NCBI GenBank assembly: GCA_016786925.1
Contig: JAEUTU010000052.1
Coordinates: 726 to 64,725 of the forward strand
DNA length: 64,000 bases
Source of the DNA: Bacteroidia bacterium
GTDB taxonomy: Bacteria > Bacteroidota > Bacteroidia > 2-12-FULL-35-15
Direction of reading: 5' to 3'
The position numbers and the translations under genes are program-made. The first letter of the stretch is position 1. Every line of letters begins with the position of its first letter. The notes under the pieces are model-generated. The model did no database searches, was not told where the DNA came from, and saw nothing but the letters and a program-made list of their open reading frames with translations. Positions 11,201-20,803 of this stretch are shown here, in pieces.

Positions 11201-11373
11201 TTTTCAGATGCCTTCTTTGCTGCTTCCTGCACATCAGCCTGAGCTATATAATTTTGTGCAAACGCCTCTGCATCTCCTTCAATAGAAACTGCTTTCCAAG
11301 TAAACATTAAATAATAAGCACATGCAAGTGCCAGTAAAATCGCAAACAGCCTGATAGCTCCTTTGTTCTGCAT
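8257..11373 (-). CDS. secDF: Protein translocase subunit SecDF (fused)
   Basis: LGLDLKGG, GPTLG, VDANILIYERVREE, LGVDFKGG, DSVVVFDRIRE and TLSRTINT motifs. Confidence 0.97.
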   Translation of the reverse strand: MQNKGAIRLFAILLALACAYYLMFTWKAVSIEGDAEAFAQNYIAQADVQEAAKKASENPTEQKSYLDSVHASKRNGYLDSLKKLPVYDLGFTSYTYEEVRNRQLNLGLDLKGGMNVTLEVAVADIIRGLSNNSNDPAFVKALASATELQKKSTKDFVTLFGEEYKKANPNGRLAINFQTIELKGKIDFNTTDEDVLKFLRERIEEAIATSENTLRARIDKFGVSTPNIQRLASSGRILIELPGVTDKARVRKLLQGSANLEFWETYDNQEIYPLLEQANTRLKEIMAPVDSSAAAADTAAVAGTNPDSTKTATTAATTAPDTTKSASTLASQLGTDKKDSSKAGETSADTLARMRKENPLFAVLGAAIGRNEQGQPVLGQGPVVGYAAIRDTAKVNEYLNNPKIKSIFPPRSKFFWSFKPIDKEETTLQLIAIRTTSRDGKAPLSGDIIADARKMFEQGSGSPSISMSMKTEAANIWKRLTRENVGKSIAIVLDNSVYSFPTVQGEIAGGNSSITGNFTINEADDLVNILKAGKLPAPAKIVEETVVGPTLGQEAISKGLFSTIIALVLVLLFMGFYYSKAGWVASLAMIINNLFVIGILASFQAVLTLPGIAGIVLTIAMSVDANILIYERVREELALGKAIGTAIKEGYKNAMSSVIDSHITGLLLGIILFVFGTGPIQGFATTLMIGIVSSLFCAIFITRLVFDRWLEKGKSIPFANAMTDGAFKKININFVGKRKLYYIFSSLVIAAGIFAYVTKGGFSLGVDFKGGRSYVVRFDDVKTTEEVRNALTTSFEGEAPEVKTYGESTQQRITTTYLIGDGSDDAEAKVEGKLNEGLKTLGVKYEVMSSQKVGETVSRDIKEKAVWAVLLSCLVMFVFIFIRFKKWQYGLGAVVALFHDVAIVLSVYIIFDGILPFSLEITQDFIAAVLTVMSYSMVDSVVVFDRIREYLTERNKSDLDKHERERVINFALNSTLSRTINTALTIFFVMLAIFIFGGETIRGFSFALLIGIAIGTYSSICIATPIVIDLEKDKEEKK

Positions 11374-11461
11374 AATTGATTAATTAAATTGTTATTTCTT
11401 AAATAAAATTCAAGCAAAAATTCATTGCCTGAAATTCAGTTTTAATCCTAAAATAAGGGTG

Positions 11462-11548
11462 CAAATATAGAATAACAATTATTATTTACCAATTTTATAA
11501 TAAGATTGATGAAAACAACTGCTTTTTACCTTATTTTTATTAACTTTG
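11462..11548. promoter_or_regulatory. Divergent -7 promoter elements (secDF and FG-GAP gene)
   Basis: TATATTTG on minus (11462-11469) and TAACTTTG on plus (11541-11548). The latter overlaps the ORF-track TTG start, which favours ATG 11573. Confidence 0.65.
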
Positions 11549-11572
11549 TTAGCATCTAACACCTCAAAAACA

Positions 11573-13837
11573 ATGAATTTCAGACTTATATTCTCCCTTT
11601 TCATATTCAGCTCCATTTTGAGCCTTCGCACTGCCGCTCAACCCTATTTTCAATGGTATGACAGCATCCCTGTAAAGATCAACAGTAGTTTTGTTGCCAA
11701 CCCATGGGCCGGAGGCTTGAATTTCACCCAAATTTCATCTGTAGATATGGATATGGACGGAGATAAGGACCTTTTTGTATTCGACCGCACCGGAAATAAA
11801 ATACGGACCTTCATCAACAACGGAACAGCGAATACGGTCGATTATAAATACAACCCTTATTTTGAGACCAAATTCCCAAAACTACATGATTGGGCACTAC
11901 TTTACGATTTTAACTGTGATGGAAAAGAGGACATTTTTAGTTATTCCGATGTGGGAGGTGGCTTTGATATCTACAAGAACACTTCCACCTTAGCAACGGG
12001 ATTACAATTTCAAAAGATCGTTACGCAGCAAAAATCAATTTACAATCCGCCCGGTGGCTCTTTGATCAATTTATACGTTAGCTCTGTTGACATTCCGGCT
12101 TTTTCGGATATCGATAATGACAGTGACATGGATGTGGTAACCTTTGCCATCACCGGAACCTATATGGAATATCATAAAAACATGAGTATTGAACTTGGCT
12201 TTGGTTGCGACAGCTTAAAATTCCAAGTGGCTAACCGCTGCTGGGGGTATGCTGCGGAAAACTCACTGAGCAACGACTATACTTTATATGATACATGTAT
12301 CGGGAATGTTACCAACCCTGAATTAAGCGGTTATGATGGCCAGCAACGTTCAGCCGAACGCCATGCAGGTTCCTGCGAATTGTGTATCGACCTCGATAAT
12401 GATGGTGACAAGGAATTTATTGTAGGCGATGTATCTTATCCGAATCTAACCATGCTGACCAACAATGGCACAACTACTGATGCCAGTTTCAGCAGCGAAG
12501 ATGTAGCCTTCCCATTCAGCAATGGAGGTAGCCAGGAAGTGGACATGACACTTTTCCCTTGTGCTTTTTATCAGGACGTTAACAATGATGGCAAAAAGGA
12601 TCTATTAGTAAGTCCGAGTGCTCCCAACGCCTCCGAAAATGCAAACAGTATTTGGTACTATCAAAATACAGGAACCAACTCATTTCCTGTATTCCAATTT
12701 CAACAGACGAACATATTGCAGGATAAAATGATCGAGTTGGGTGAAGGTGCCTATCCGGTATTCTTTGACTATGATAATGATGGACTAAAAGACCTTTTCA
12801 TCGGTAATTATGGTTATTACAACTCAGCTGGTTTTGAACATAAAATAGCTCAATTCAAAAACATCGGAACAACTTCTGCTCCGCAATTTGAATTGATCAC
12901 ACGCGATTATAAAAATTTAAGTACATACGGCATCACTAACATGGTTCCTGCTTTTGGAGACATGGATGGCGATACAGATGCAGATATGATACTAGGTGCT
13001 TATGATGGACGAATTCATTATTTCCAGAATATAGCTGCTATTGGAGCTACAGCCAACTTTGTTTTGAGTCAGGCCAACTTTAAAAACTCTGCTAATAGAA
13101 TTATTGATGTGGGCGACTTCGCAGCACCTCAGATCTTTGATGTGGATAATGATGGAAAGAATGACATCGTGATCGGTGCTCGCAATGGAAAACTGGCCTA
13201 TTATCGCAGAACAAGCAGCACAGGCTCTCCGGTAGTTGATTCTGTTTCTCATTTTTGGGGCAATGTAAAAGTGAATTTACCTTTTTATACCACTGGCTAC
13301 AGCTTCCCATTTGTATTCAGAGATGGAGGACAAACCAAAATTCTTGCAGGAGCAGAAAGAGGGACTTTGATGCTTTACGACCATATTGATGGTAATCTAA
13401 ATGGCCCCTTTACTTTAGTCGATTCTGTTTTTATGAATATCAACCAAGGAACACGCACTGCCCCAACAGGAGCTGATATCAACAATGATGGATTTATTGA
13501 TCTGGTTGTAGGAAATTATCAAGGTGGTGTTTCCTTTTATAAAGGAACCGGAAGTATTATTACGGTGGAAGATATGTATGAGAACATTACCTGGAACTTC
13601 GATCTATATCCGAATCCAAGCAATTCGAATTTCACGATCCGCTTATATGATTTCAAAAAAGACCATTATCAATTACAGCTTTATAATGTAGTAGGACAAA
13701 CTATTTTAACGGAGCAGATCAATTCCAGTTTATCGAGCATCAACACAGAATTGATCCCGAATGGTATCTATTTCTGTAAGATCATTGACACAAGTAACAA
13801 TACTTCTCTTGTAAAACGCGTTGTGATACAACACTAA
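11573..13837 (+). CDS. FG-GAP/VCBS-repeat T9SS type-A sorted protein
   Basis: Repeated DxDxDGDxD(L/I) calcium-blade motifs, signal peptide, C-terminal LYPNPS...LYNVVGQ...NGIYFCKI...KRVVIQH. Confidence 0.88.
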   Translation: MNFRLIFSLFIFSSILSLRTAAQPYFQWYDSIPVKINSSFVANPWAGGLNFTQISSVDMDMDGDKDLFVFDRTGNKIRTFINNGTANTVDYKYNPYFETKFPKLHDWALLYDFNCDGKEDIFSYSDVGGGFDIYKNTSTLATGLQFQKIVTQQKSIYNPPGGSLINLYVSSVDIPAFSDIDNDSDMDVVTFAITGTYMEYHKNMSIELGFGCDSLKFQVANRCWGYAAENSLSNDYTLYDTCIGNVTNPELSGYDGQQRSAERHAGSCELCIDLDNDGDKEFIVGDVSYPNLTMLTNNGTTTDASFSSEDVAFPFSNGGSQEVDMTLFPCAFYQDVNNDGKKDLLVSPSAPNASENANSIWYYQNTGTNSFPVFQFQQTNILQDKMIELGEGAYPVFFDYDNDGLKDLFIGNYGYYNSAGFEHKIAQFKNIGTTSAPQFELITRDYKNLSTYGITNMVPAFGDMDGDTDADMILGAYDGRIHYFQNIAAIGATANFVLSQANFKNSANRIIDVGDFAAPQIFDVDNDGKNDIVIGARNGKLAYYRRTSSTGSPVVDSVSHFWGNVKVNLPFYTTGYSFPFVFRDGGQTKILAGAERGTLMLYDHIDGNLNGPFTLVDSVFMNINQGTRTAPTGADINNDGFIDLVVGNYQGGVSFYKGTGSIITVEDMYENITWNFDLYPNPSNSNFTIRLYDFKKDHYQLQLYNVVGQTILTEQINSSLSSINTELIPNGIYFCKIIDTSNNTSLVKRVVIQH

Positions 13838-13849
13838 GAGAAAAAATAC

Positions 13850-14392
13850 TTGAGAAAACTTGTTCTATTCGTCATTGTAATATTCAGCTCGATTCTGATC
13901 GCATCGGTATTCGGCATTGTGCACGACCAGATCACCTACTCGATCGCCCCTGAATACTATACAAAATTTAAATTCATTCAGTTTGGATTAGTTGAAGACA
14001 GTAGTGTTTACATTGATAATGTTCGATTATTAGTCAGCGTAGTAGGTGTAATGGCTACCTGGTGGATGGGACTATTTATCGGGATCATTTATGCAATTAT
14101 TCTACTATTCTTTCCCTATTCAAAAACATTGTATGCTATTTTTTTCAAAACGATCGCGTTCACTTTTATCGCCACTATTACGTTATCGTTCTGCGGCTAT
14201 CTCAACTGGAAATTTCATGCTCAATATTTCCCCTGCGACTGGTATTTACCGGATAACCTGATCGATAAAGCAAGTTTTATATGTGTAGGTCACATCCATA
14301 ATTACAGCTATATGGGAGGAGAATTAGGAGTAGCAATTGGTATTGTATATCTGCTATTTCAGAAACAAAAATTAAAAAAGAAAAGCTCCTGA
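13850..14392 (+). CDS. Hypothetical membrane protein (about 4 TM helices)
   Basis: Hydrophobic segments; HDQITYSIAPEYYTKFKF, ATWWMG and HNYSYMGG motifs; TTG start. Confidence 0.7.
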   Translation: MRKLVLFVIVIFSSILIASVFGIVHDQITYSIAPEYYTKFKFIQFGLVEDSSVYIDNVRLLVSVVGVMATWWMGLFIGIIYAIILLFFPYSKTLYAIFFKTIAFTFIATITLSFCGYLNWKFHAQYFPCDWYLPDNLIDKASFICVGHIHNYSYMGGELGVAIGIVYLLFQKQKLKKKSS

Positions 14393-14416
14393 AATTTCAG
14401 GAGCTTTTCTTTTTTT
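14374..14416. terminator. Bidirectional intrinsic terminator
   Basis: Perfect inverted repeat AAAAAAGAAAAGCTCCTGAA-AT-TTCAGGAGCTTTTCTTTTTT. Confidence 0.9.
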
Positions 14417-17075
14417 AATTCAAATAGGTTTTGGCTTTTTCCAGTGCTTTTGCAATTCCTTGCGCATTGGTTCCACCTGCTGTTGCATAGAACGGCTGTC
14501 CTCCTCCTCCACCCTGGATCTCTTTTCCTAATTCACGGACAATTGTTCCTGCATTCAAGTTTTTATCTTTCACTAAATTATCAGAGATAATGATCGAAAG
14601 ACTTGGCTTTCCTTTCACCTCAGCGCCTAATACCATAAACAAATTATCGATCTGATTGCGCAATTCAAAGGAAAGATCTTTGATCGCATCTGCTGAATCC
14701 AACTCAATTTTCTCTGCAATAAAATTAATACCATTGATCGTTTGTTTCTTCGTAAGCAATTCCGATTTCAAACCTTTTGCTTTTTCACGTAACATCTGCT
14801 CGATCTGTTTTTGCAATGCAGAATTCTCTTCCATCAAGGACTGAACGCTCTTCACTACATCTTTCGGATTCTTTAACAAGGCTTTTACTTCGTTCACCAA
14901 GGTGATCTGCTGGTTAAAATATTGTTCCGCCTTCACAGATGTTATAGCCTCGATACGTCTGATACCAGCAGCAACAGCGCCTTCCGAAACGATCTTAAAC
15001 AAACCGATCTGACCGGTTGAAGGTACGTGCGTACCACCACACAATTCTATCGAATAATTTTTATCGAAAGTCACTACACGAACGGTATCACCATATTTTT
15101 CGCCAAACAAGGCCATTGCTCCTAATTTACGAGCATCGTCAATAGCCATTTCTTTAATGTCGGACGCAATGTTCTCTCTGATCTTAGCATTTACGATAGC
15201 TTCGATCTGCGCGATCTCTTCGTCTGTTACTTTTGAAAAATGAGAAAAGTCGAATCGTAAATATTCTTCATTTACCAATGATCCTTTTTGCTCCACATGT
15301 GTTCCTAATACAGAACGTAATGCTGCGTGTAACAAGTGGGTGGAGCTGTGATTATTCTCCGTTAAATGACGCTTTTCGCCATTTACTTTCGCTACAAATG
15401 TTTGAGAGAAATTTTCCGGTAATTTATCGGTAAAATGAATGATGATCCCATTTTCTTTTTTGGTATCTGTAACAACTAATTTATCATTCGCAGATTCTAA
15501 CACACCGGTATCTCCCACCTGACCACCACTTTCGGCATAGAAAGGAGTTTGATCCAACACAATCTGAAACTGTTCTTTTCCTTTTGCTTTTACTTTGCGG
15601 TATTGAATGATCTTTGATTCTGCTTCCAATTGTTTGTAACCGATAAATATTCTTCCCCCTTCTTCGGCTTTTCTTCCATCTACTAACATCCAATCACCTG
15701 TATCCACAGCTGTTGCTTCACGCGAACGGTTTTTTTGTTTTTCCAACTCTACCTGAAAACCTGCCTCATCAATACTTAAACCATACCCACGAGCGATCAG
15801 GGATGTCAAATCAACAGGGAAACCATAGGTATCATACAATTCAAATACGGTTGGTCCATCTACAATTTGTTTTTTCTCTCCTACTAAAGCAATACACACA
15901 TTATCGATACGCTTTAATCCATTTTCTAAGGTACGGAAGAAAGACACCTCTTCTTCTTTGATCACTTTTTCGATCAATAACTTTTGTGATACCAATTCAG
16001 GGAAAGCATGTCCTAACTGATGTGAAAGAACAGGCACCAAACGATGCATGAAGGGTTCTTTCAAATTCAATGATTGATATCCATAACGGATCGCACGTCT
16101 TAAGATACGTCTGATCACGTATCCAGCACCGGTATTCGATGGCAACTGGCCATCTGCAATACTGAAAGAGATCGCACGGATATGATCTGCGATCACACGC
16201 ATCGCAATATTAATGATCAATTGTTTCGGATGTTTTTCTTCTTCCTCCGGTTTATATCTTAAACCTGATAACTCTTCTATTTTATCGATAACGGGCTTAA
16301 ATACATCGGTATCATAATTCGATTGTTTACCTTGTAATACACGCACTAAACGTTCAAAGCCCATTCCTGTATCCACATGCTGTTTTGGCAACTTCACCAA
16401 TGAACCATCGGCTTTACGCTCAAACTCCATGAATACATTGTTCCAGATCTCGATCACTTGCGGATCGTCATTATTCACACGCTGAGCTCCCGGCACTTTC
16501 GCAATCTCTTCTGCTGTTCGTCCATCATAATGGATCTCGCTACATGGGCCACAAGGACCGATATCTCCCATTTCCCAGAAGTTATCTTTTTTATTTCCTC
16601 TTAAAATACGCTCTTCCGGAATAAACTGTTTCCAGATGTCATAGGCTTCCTGATCAAATCCCAAATTATCTTCTTTGCTACCTTCAAATACGGTAACATA
16701 TAAACGCGACTTATCGATCTTATATACTTCTGTCAGTAATTCCCATGCCCAGGTGATGGCTTCTTTTTTAAAGTAATCACCAAAGCTCCAGTTTCCTAAC
16801 ATTTCAAACATGGTATGGTGATAGGTATCAACCCCAACCTCTTCCAAGTCGTTATGTTTACCACTTACACGCAAACATTTTTGCGTATCAGCTACACGAG
16901 GAAATTTAATAGGTGCATTTCCAAGGAAAAGATCCTTAAAAGGAGCCATTCCACTGTTATTGAACATCAAGGTAGGATCATTCTTTACCACCATAGGGGC
17001 AGATGGAACGATCTCATGTTGTTTACTCTTAAAAAAATCTAAAAATTGCTGTCTGATACTATTGCTGTCTAACAT
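14415..17075 (-). CDS. alaS: Alanine--tRNA ligase
   Basis: [37 protein letters not shown], editing HxxxH...CGGTH motifs and C-terminal GGGGG. Confidence 0.98.
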   Translation of the reverse strand: MLDSNSIRQQFLDFFKSKQHEIVPSAPMVVKNDPTLMFNNSGMAPFKDLFLGNAPIKFPRVADTQKCLRVSGKHNDLEEVGVDTYHHTMFEMLGNWSFGDYFKKEAITWAWELLTEVYKIDKSRLYVTVFEGSKEDNLGFDQEAYDIWKQFIPEERILRGNKKDNFWEMGDIGPCGPCSEIHYDGRTAEEIAKVPGAQRVNNDDPQVIEIWNNVFMEFERKADGSLVKLPKQHVDTGMGFERLVRVLQGKQSNYDTDVFKPVIDKIEELSGLRYKPEEEEKHPKQLIINIAMRVIADHIRAISFSIADGQLPSNTGAGYVIRRILRRAIRYGYQSLNLKEPFMHRLVPVLSHQLGHAFPELVSQKLLIEKVIKEEEVSFFRTLENGLKRIDNVCIALVGEKKQIVDGPTVFELYDTYGFPVDLTSLIARGYGLSIDEAGFQVELEKQKNRSREATAVDTGDWMLVDGRKAEEGGRIFIGYKQLEAESKIIQYRKVKAKGKEQFQIVLDQTPFYAESGGQVGDTGVLESANDKLVVTDTKKENGIIIHFTDKLPENFSQTFVAKVNGEKRHLTENNHSSTHLLHAALRSVLGTHVEQKGSLVNEEYLRFDFSHFSKVTDEEIAQIEAIVNAKIRENIASDIKEMAIDDARKLGAMALFGEKYGDTVRVVTFDKNYSIELCGGTHVPSTGQIGLFKIVSEGAVAAGIRRIEAITSVKAEQYFNQQITLVNEVKALLKNPKDVVKSVQSLMEENSALQKQIEQMLREKAKGLKSELLTKKQTINGINFIAEKIELDSADAIKDLSFELRNQIDNLFMVLGAEVKGKPSLSIIISDNLVKDKNLNAGTIVRELGKEIQGGGGGQPFYATAGGTNAQGIAKALEKAKTYLN

Positions 17076-17076
17076 A

Positions 17077-17607
17077 CTACTCTTTGTTAATTAATACTTT
17101 TAATGCTTTATATATTCTGTTCCCTCTTAAAAAATCCTTTTTATCTCTACATCTTCTGATATGTTTTTTCAGATCATCGATGTAATCATTATTCAACGAA
17201 AACTGTATTGCCTTTTTGTAGTTCTCGATGGCCTGATCAAAATCTTCTTTTATTTCATACAATGAACCCAATTCATCATATAAACTGGAGCGATTAACAC
17301 TCTGCACCTTTTCCGCTTGTTTTAAAATCTCCTCTAACTCCACAACTCTTCCTTGGTCTCTCAACATATAAATATAATTTAAATAGGCAGAAGAGTGATT
17401 AGGACTGAATTTAATCGCAAATTTATAATGCTTTTCTGCTTGAACAGGATCAGAGAATTTCTTTTGATACAACCATCCTAAATCGTTATGAGCTCTGCCC
17501 AATTCGGGACGCTCTTCCAAAATACGATATAAAATATTCTTTGCAAGAGAATAATCTTCTTCTTTTATCGCTTTATCCGATTTAATTAATTCTTCTTCTA
17601 TGTCCAT
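17077..17607 (-). CDS. Tetratricopeptide-repeat protein
   Basis: AHNDLGWLY...AEKHYKFAI and LGSLYE...[12 protein letters not shown] patterns; stop lies 1 nt before the alaS start. Confidence 0.8.
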   Translation of the reverse strand: MDIEEELIKSDKAIKEEDYSLAKNILYRILEERPELGRAHNDLGWLYQKKFSDPVQAEKHYKFAIKFSPNHSSAYLNYIYMLRDQGRVVELEEILKQAEKVQSVNRSSLYDELGSLYEIKEDFDQAIENYKKAIQFSLNNDYIDDLKKHIRRCRDKKDFLRGNRIYKALKVLINKE

Positions 17608-17679
17608 GTTATAGCAAAATAATGGATTGCAAATTTAGTTTATTTACGTAAATTCGCAGTAGTTGACGAGTAGAAACTT

Positions 17680-18651
17680 ATGAGCAAAATAAAATATAAG
17701 TTCAATACCAAATCCCTCACCTATGAAAAGGTGACTGTACCTCTGCGTAAACGCATTTGGCAGGCATTGTCCTATCTGGCCACAGGATTGGTATTTGCTA
17801 CTATCACTATTTTGCTGGCTTACGAATATTTGGACTCCCCAAAAGAAAAGCAATTACAGCGTGAAATTGCAGAATTGACGCTTCAGTATGAATTATTAAA
17901 CACCCGGATGACTGAAGCCATAGAGGTGCTGGACGATATTCAGGATCGTGATAATAACATTTATAGAACCATATTTGAGGCCGATTCAATCCCGGAAAGC
18001 ATACGTAAAGCAGGTTTTGGAGGAGTTGACCGTTATAAAAAGTTGCAAGGCTTTAATAACTCTGATCTAATGATCGAAACCACTAAAAAGCTGGACCGCA
18101 TCAGTAAGCAGTTGTACATTCAATCAAAATCGTTTGATGAGGTGGTGAAATTGGTAAAAGGGAAAGAACAATTATTGGCATCCATCCCCGCCATTCAACC
18201 AATCTCTAATGAAGATTTAAGACATCAGCCTTCCGGATTTGGCTGGAGAACACATCCGATCTATAAAACACCGGAATTCCACCCGGGAATGGACTTTGCT
18301 GCTCCGCAAGGCACTGAGATCTACTCTACCGGTGATGGTACTATTGAGCGTGCCGATGCATTGGCTCAAGGATATGGAAATCACGTTGTGATCAACCATG
18401 GCTACGGCTATAAAACTTTATATGGACACATGGTAAAGTTTGTGGTACGCCCTGGACAAAAAGTAAAACGCGGACAATTGATCGGTTATGTGGGTAGTAC
18501 AGGCTTGTCTACCGCACCACATGTTCATTATGAAGTAATGAAAAATGGCGATAAAATGAATCCGATCAATTATTATTATAATGATCTTACTCCTGAGCAA
18601 TATCAAAAGTTGATCGAACTTTCTTCTCAATCATCTCAATCATTCGACTAA
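17680..18651 (+). CDS. M23 family metallopeptidase
   Basis: HPGMDF (HxxxD), YGHM and PHVHYEV zinc motifs; N-terminal TM helix and coiled coil. Confidence 0.93.
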   Translation: MSKIKYKFNTKSLTYEKVTVPLRKRIWQALSYLATGLVFATITILLAYEYLDSPKEKQLQREIAELTLQYELLNTRMTEAIEVLDDIQDRDNNIYRTIFEADSIPESIRKAGFGGVDRYKKLQGFNNSDLMIETTKKLDRISKQLYIQSKSFDEVVKLVKGKEQLLASIPAIQPISNEDLRHQPSGFGWRTHPIYKTPEFHPGMDFAAPQGTEIYSTGDGTIERADALAQGYGNHVVINHGYGYKTLYGHMVKFVVRPGQKVKRGQLIGYVGSTGLSTAPHVHYEVMKNGDKMNPINYYYNDLTPEQYQKLIELSSQSSQSFD

Positions 18652-19010
18652 TGCCTTACAAAGAAACAGAAACAGTAAAATTATACTACACCATTGGTGA
18701 AGTGGCTGAACTGTTTAAGGTAAATGCTTCTTTGATCCGTTTTTGGGAGAAGGAGTTTGATGTGTTAAAACCTAAAAAGAATAAAAAAGGGAACCGCTTA
18801 TTTACACCCGAAGACATTGATAATTTCAAGGTCATCTTTAATCTTGTAAAAGAACAAGGACTAACATTGGATGGTGCTAAGAAATACCTTAAGGAGAACA
18901 AAAAAACACTAAAGCACGAGGCCAAAGTTGAAAAAAGTCAATTCTCTGATATTGAAACAAAGCTACGATCCATCAAAAAGGGGCTTTTAGATATCCATAA
19001 CAAACTTTAG
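18651..19010 (+). CDS. MerR family HTH regulator
   Basis: YYTIGEVAELFKVNASLIRFWEKEF...GNRLFT; TAATG overlap with the M23 gene. Confidence 0.92.
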   Translation: MPYKETETVKLYYTIGEVAELFKVNASLIRFWEKEFDVLKPKKNKKGNRLFTPEDIDNFKVIFNLVKEQGLTLDGAKKYLKENKKTLKHEAKVEKSQFSDIETKLRSIKKGLLDIHNKL

Positions 19011-19031
19011 TTTAGATTATTTAATTACAAG

Positions 19032-19066
19032 TGCAACCATGTCATTTCAATTATCATCATGATAAT
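19032..19066 (+). promoter_or_regulatory. ECF-sigma-like promoter with overlapping inverted repeat
   Basis: TGCAACC-N16-CATC; ATTATCA-TCA-TGATAAT at 19050-19066. Confidence 0.45.
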
Positions 19067-19087
19067 GAAACACTTTAACTACTCGAC

Positions 19088-20605
19088 ATGAAAAATGCTT
19101 TACTCCTTTTATTAGGCATCAGCACATTTACCGCAAACAGCCAAAATCAGATCAACATCACAAAAAGTCAGTATGACATTTTGAAGAAAAATCATCAGTT
19201 GGATCTGAGCAAAAACTACATTTTTACGGATGCCATAGCACCTCAAGGACCCGAGATCAAGTATCAAGGACAAACCAAAACACCAAGTACCATTTGCAGT
19301 TGCATGCAACCGCTCGACAGTACCTATTCCTACGTTCCATTTGTAAACTATATTGGAACAACGAATGGAAATGTTTACATGCCGAACTACATGAATGATG
19401 ATGCATCGTCTATTCAGATCAATCTTCCATTTACTTTTAATTATTATGGCACCCCTCGTACCAGTGTGTTTATCAATAATAATGGGAATATTTCTTTCAA
19501 TAGCCCCTACTCCACTTTTACAGCAAATCCTTTCCCTGATCCGAGCTACAACATGATCGCTCCGTTTTGGGCGGATGCTGATACCAGAGATTTTTCTCAA
19601 ACTTTGGGCTCAGGAGTCCTTTATAAGATCACACCAACAGCGATGATCGTTAAATGGGAAAATGTAGGCTATTTTGATATGCATTTCGATAAATTGAACA
19701 CATTTCAGCTGATCATTACCGATGGAACGGATACCCTTTTACCGGCCGGTAAAAATGTAGGATTTTGTTATGGCGATATGCAATGGACCACTGGTGACAT
19801 TACCGGTGGTGGTGGATTTGGATCTCCTGCTACCGTTGGCGTTAATCAAGGCAATGGAATTGATTATTTCCAAGTAGGAACATTCAATCAGCCTACATTG
19901 GCTTTTGATGGTCCCTATAATGCCACTGATGGCGTTGATTGGCTGGATAATCAAGGCATGTATTTTAATACATCTGTTTCAGGCAACAACATTCCACCTA
20001 TTATTATCAATAATAATATCTGTGACACCATAGACGTGTACACGGGAGATACGTTACGGTCAGTGGCAACCGATTCAGTAGAATTCTTGATCGGTGTTGC
20101 TACCCCTGAAATAAATCAAACCTTGAACATCAATTTTTCATGTTCTGAACCCATGGCTTTTTCAACAACGCAATTAATGAATACCCCAACTTACCAAAGT
20201 TTTAATTGCAAATTTGTGGCAAAAGACCTACCTGCCGGATTATATTATGTTACAGTAACGGCTACTGACAATGGAACACCGGCTGAGCAAACCATCGAAA
20301 CGATTGTAATACGATCTTCCTATGACCCTGGGGTAGTAACTGCAATCAACCAAGTAAAGAAGGAAAATATGGTTATTTTATTCCCAAATCCAAATGAAGG
20401 AATATTTACGATTCAGCATGATATCGAACAATCCGAACTACCGGTATTAACCGTTATGAATATCCTGGGGCAAAAACAGATGGAAACTCCCCTACAAAAA
20501 CATTCGCATATTATTGACTTACAAAATCTTACACCCGGAATATACTTTACAAATATCACTACAAAAAATGGTTTAGTAAAGAGTCTGAAAATGATCGTGA
20601 AATAA
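19088..20605 (+). CDS. Nidogen-like (NIDO) domain T9SS type-A sorted protein
   Basis: LPFTFNYYG..INNNGNISF, IAPFWADADTR, NTFQLII and YGDMQWTTG motifs; C-terminal FPNPNEG...PGIYF...KMIVK. Confidence 0.85.
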   Translation: MKNALLLLLGISTFTANSQNQINITKSQYDILKKNHQLDLSKNYIFTDAIAPQGPEIKYQGQTKTPSTICSCMQPLDSTYSYVPFVNYIGTTNGNVYMPNYMNDDASSIQINLPFTFNYYGTPRTSVFINNNGNISFNSPYSTFTANPFPDPSYNMIAPFWADADTRDFSQTLGSGVLYKITPTAMIVKWENVGYFDMHFDKLNTFQLIITDGTDTLLPAGKNVGFCYGDMQWTTGDITGGGGFGSPATVGVNQGNGIDYFQVGTFNQPTLAFDGPYNATDGVDWLDNQGMYFNTSVSGNNIPPIIINNNICDTIDVYTGDTLRSVATDSVEFLIGVATPEINQTLNINFSCSEPMAFSTTQLMNTPTYQSFNCKFVAKDLPAGLYYVTVTATDNGTPAEQTIETIVIRSSYDPGVVTAINQVKKENMVILFPNPNEGIFTIQHDIEQSELPVLTVMNILGQKQMETPLQKHSHIIDLQNLTPGIYFTNITTKNGLVKSLKMIVK

Positions 20606-20618
20606 TTTTTAAGGGTGA

Positions 20619-20645
20619 TGCAACCTTTTTACTTCATTGGTTGTC
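20619..20645 (+). promoter_or_regulatory. ECF-sigma-like promoter
   Basis: TGCAACC-N16-TGTC, same spacing as the site at 19032. Confidence 0.45.
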
Positions 20646-20708
20646 TTATAGGTAGATTAGAGCAATTTTTATCACCCCTAAATTTTGCAGCATGAAACAC
20701 TGTGAAGG

Positions 20709-20738
20709 CAGTCCCGAGAGATCGGGACTGTTTTTTTT
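20709..20738 (+). terminator. Intrinsic terminator
   Basis: CAGTCCCGA-GAGA-TCGGGACTG followed by T8. Confidence 0.88.
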
Positions 20739-20751
20739 ATACCAAAATACC

Positions 20752-20788
20752 AAAAGAAAAGGCTGCATAATATGCAGCCTTTTCTTTT
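20752..20788 (-). terminator. Intrinsic terminator (symmetric)
   Basis: AAAAGAAAAGGCTGCATA-A-TATGCAGCCTTTTCTTTT. Confidence 0.85.
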
Positions 20789-20803
20789 AATATGAACTGA
20801 GAA

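Noticed and set aside
19112-19600. 162-aa minus-strand ORF, and similar long shadows such as 28638..29171 and 58886..59464
   Set aside because: Fully antisense to well-supported genes and without recognisable motifs.
20692-20790. Small peptide ORF MKHCEGSPERSGLFF...
   Set aside because: Runs through two terminator hairpins; unlikely to be translated.
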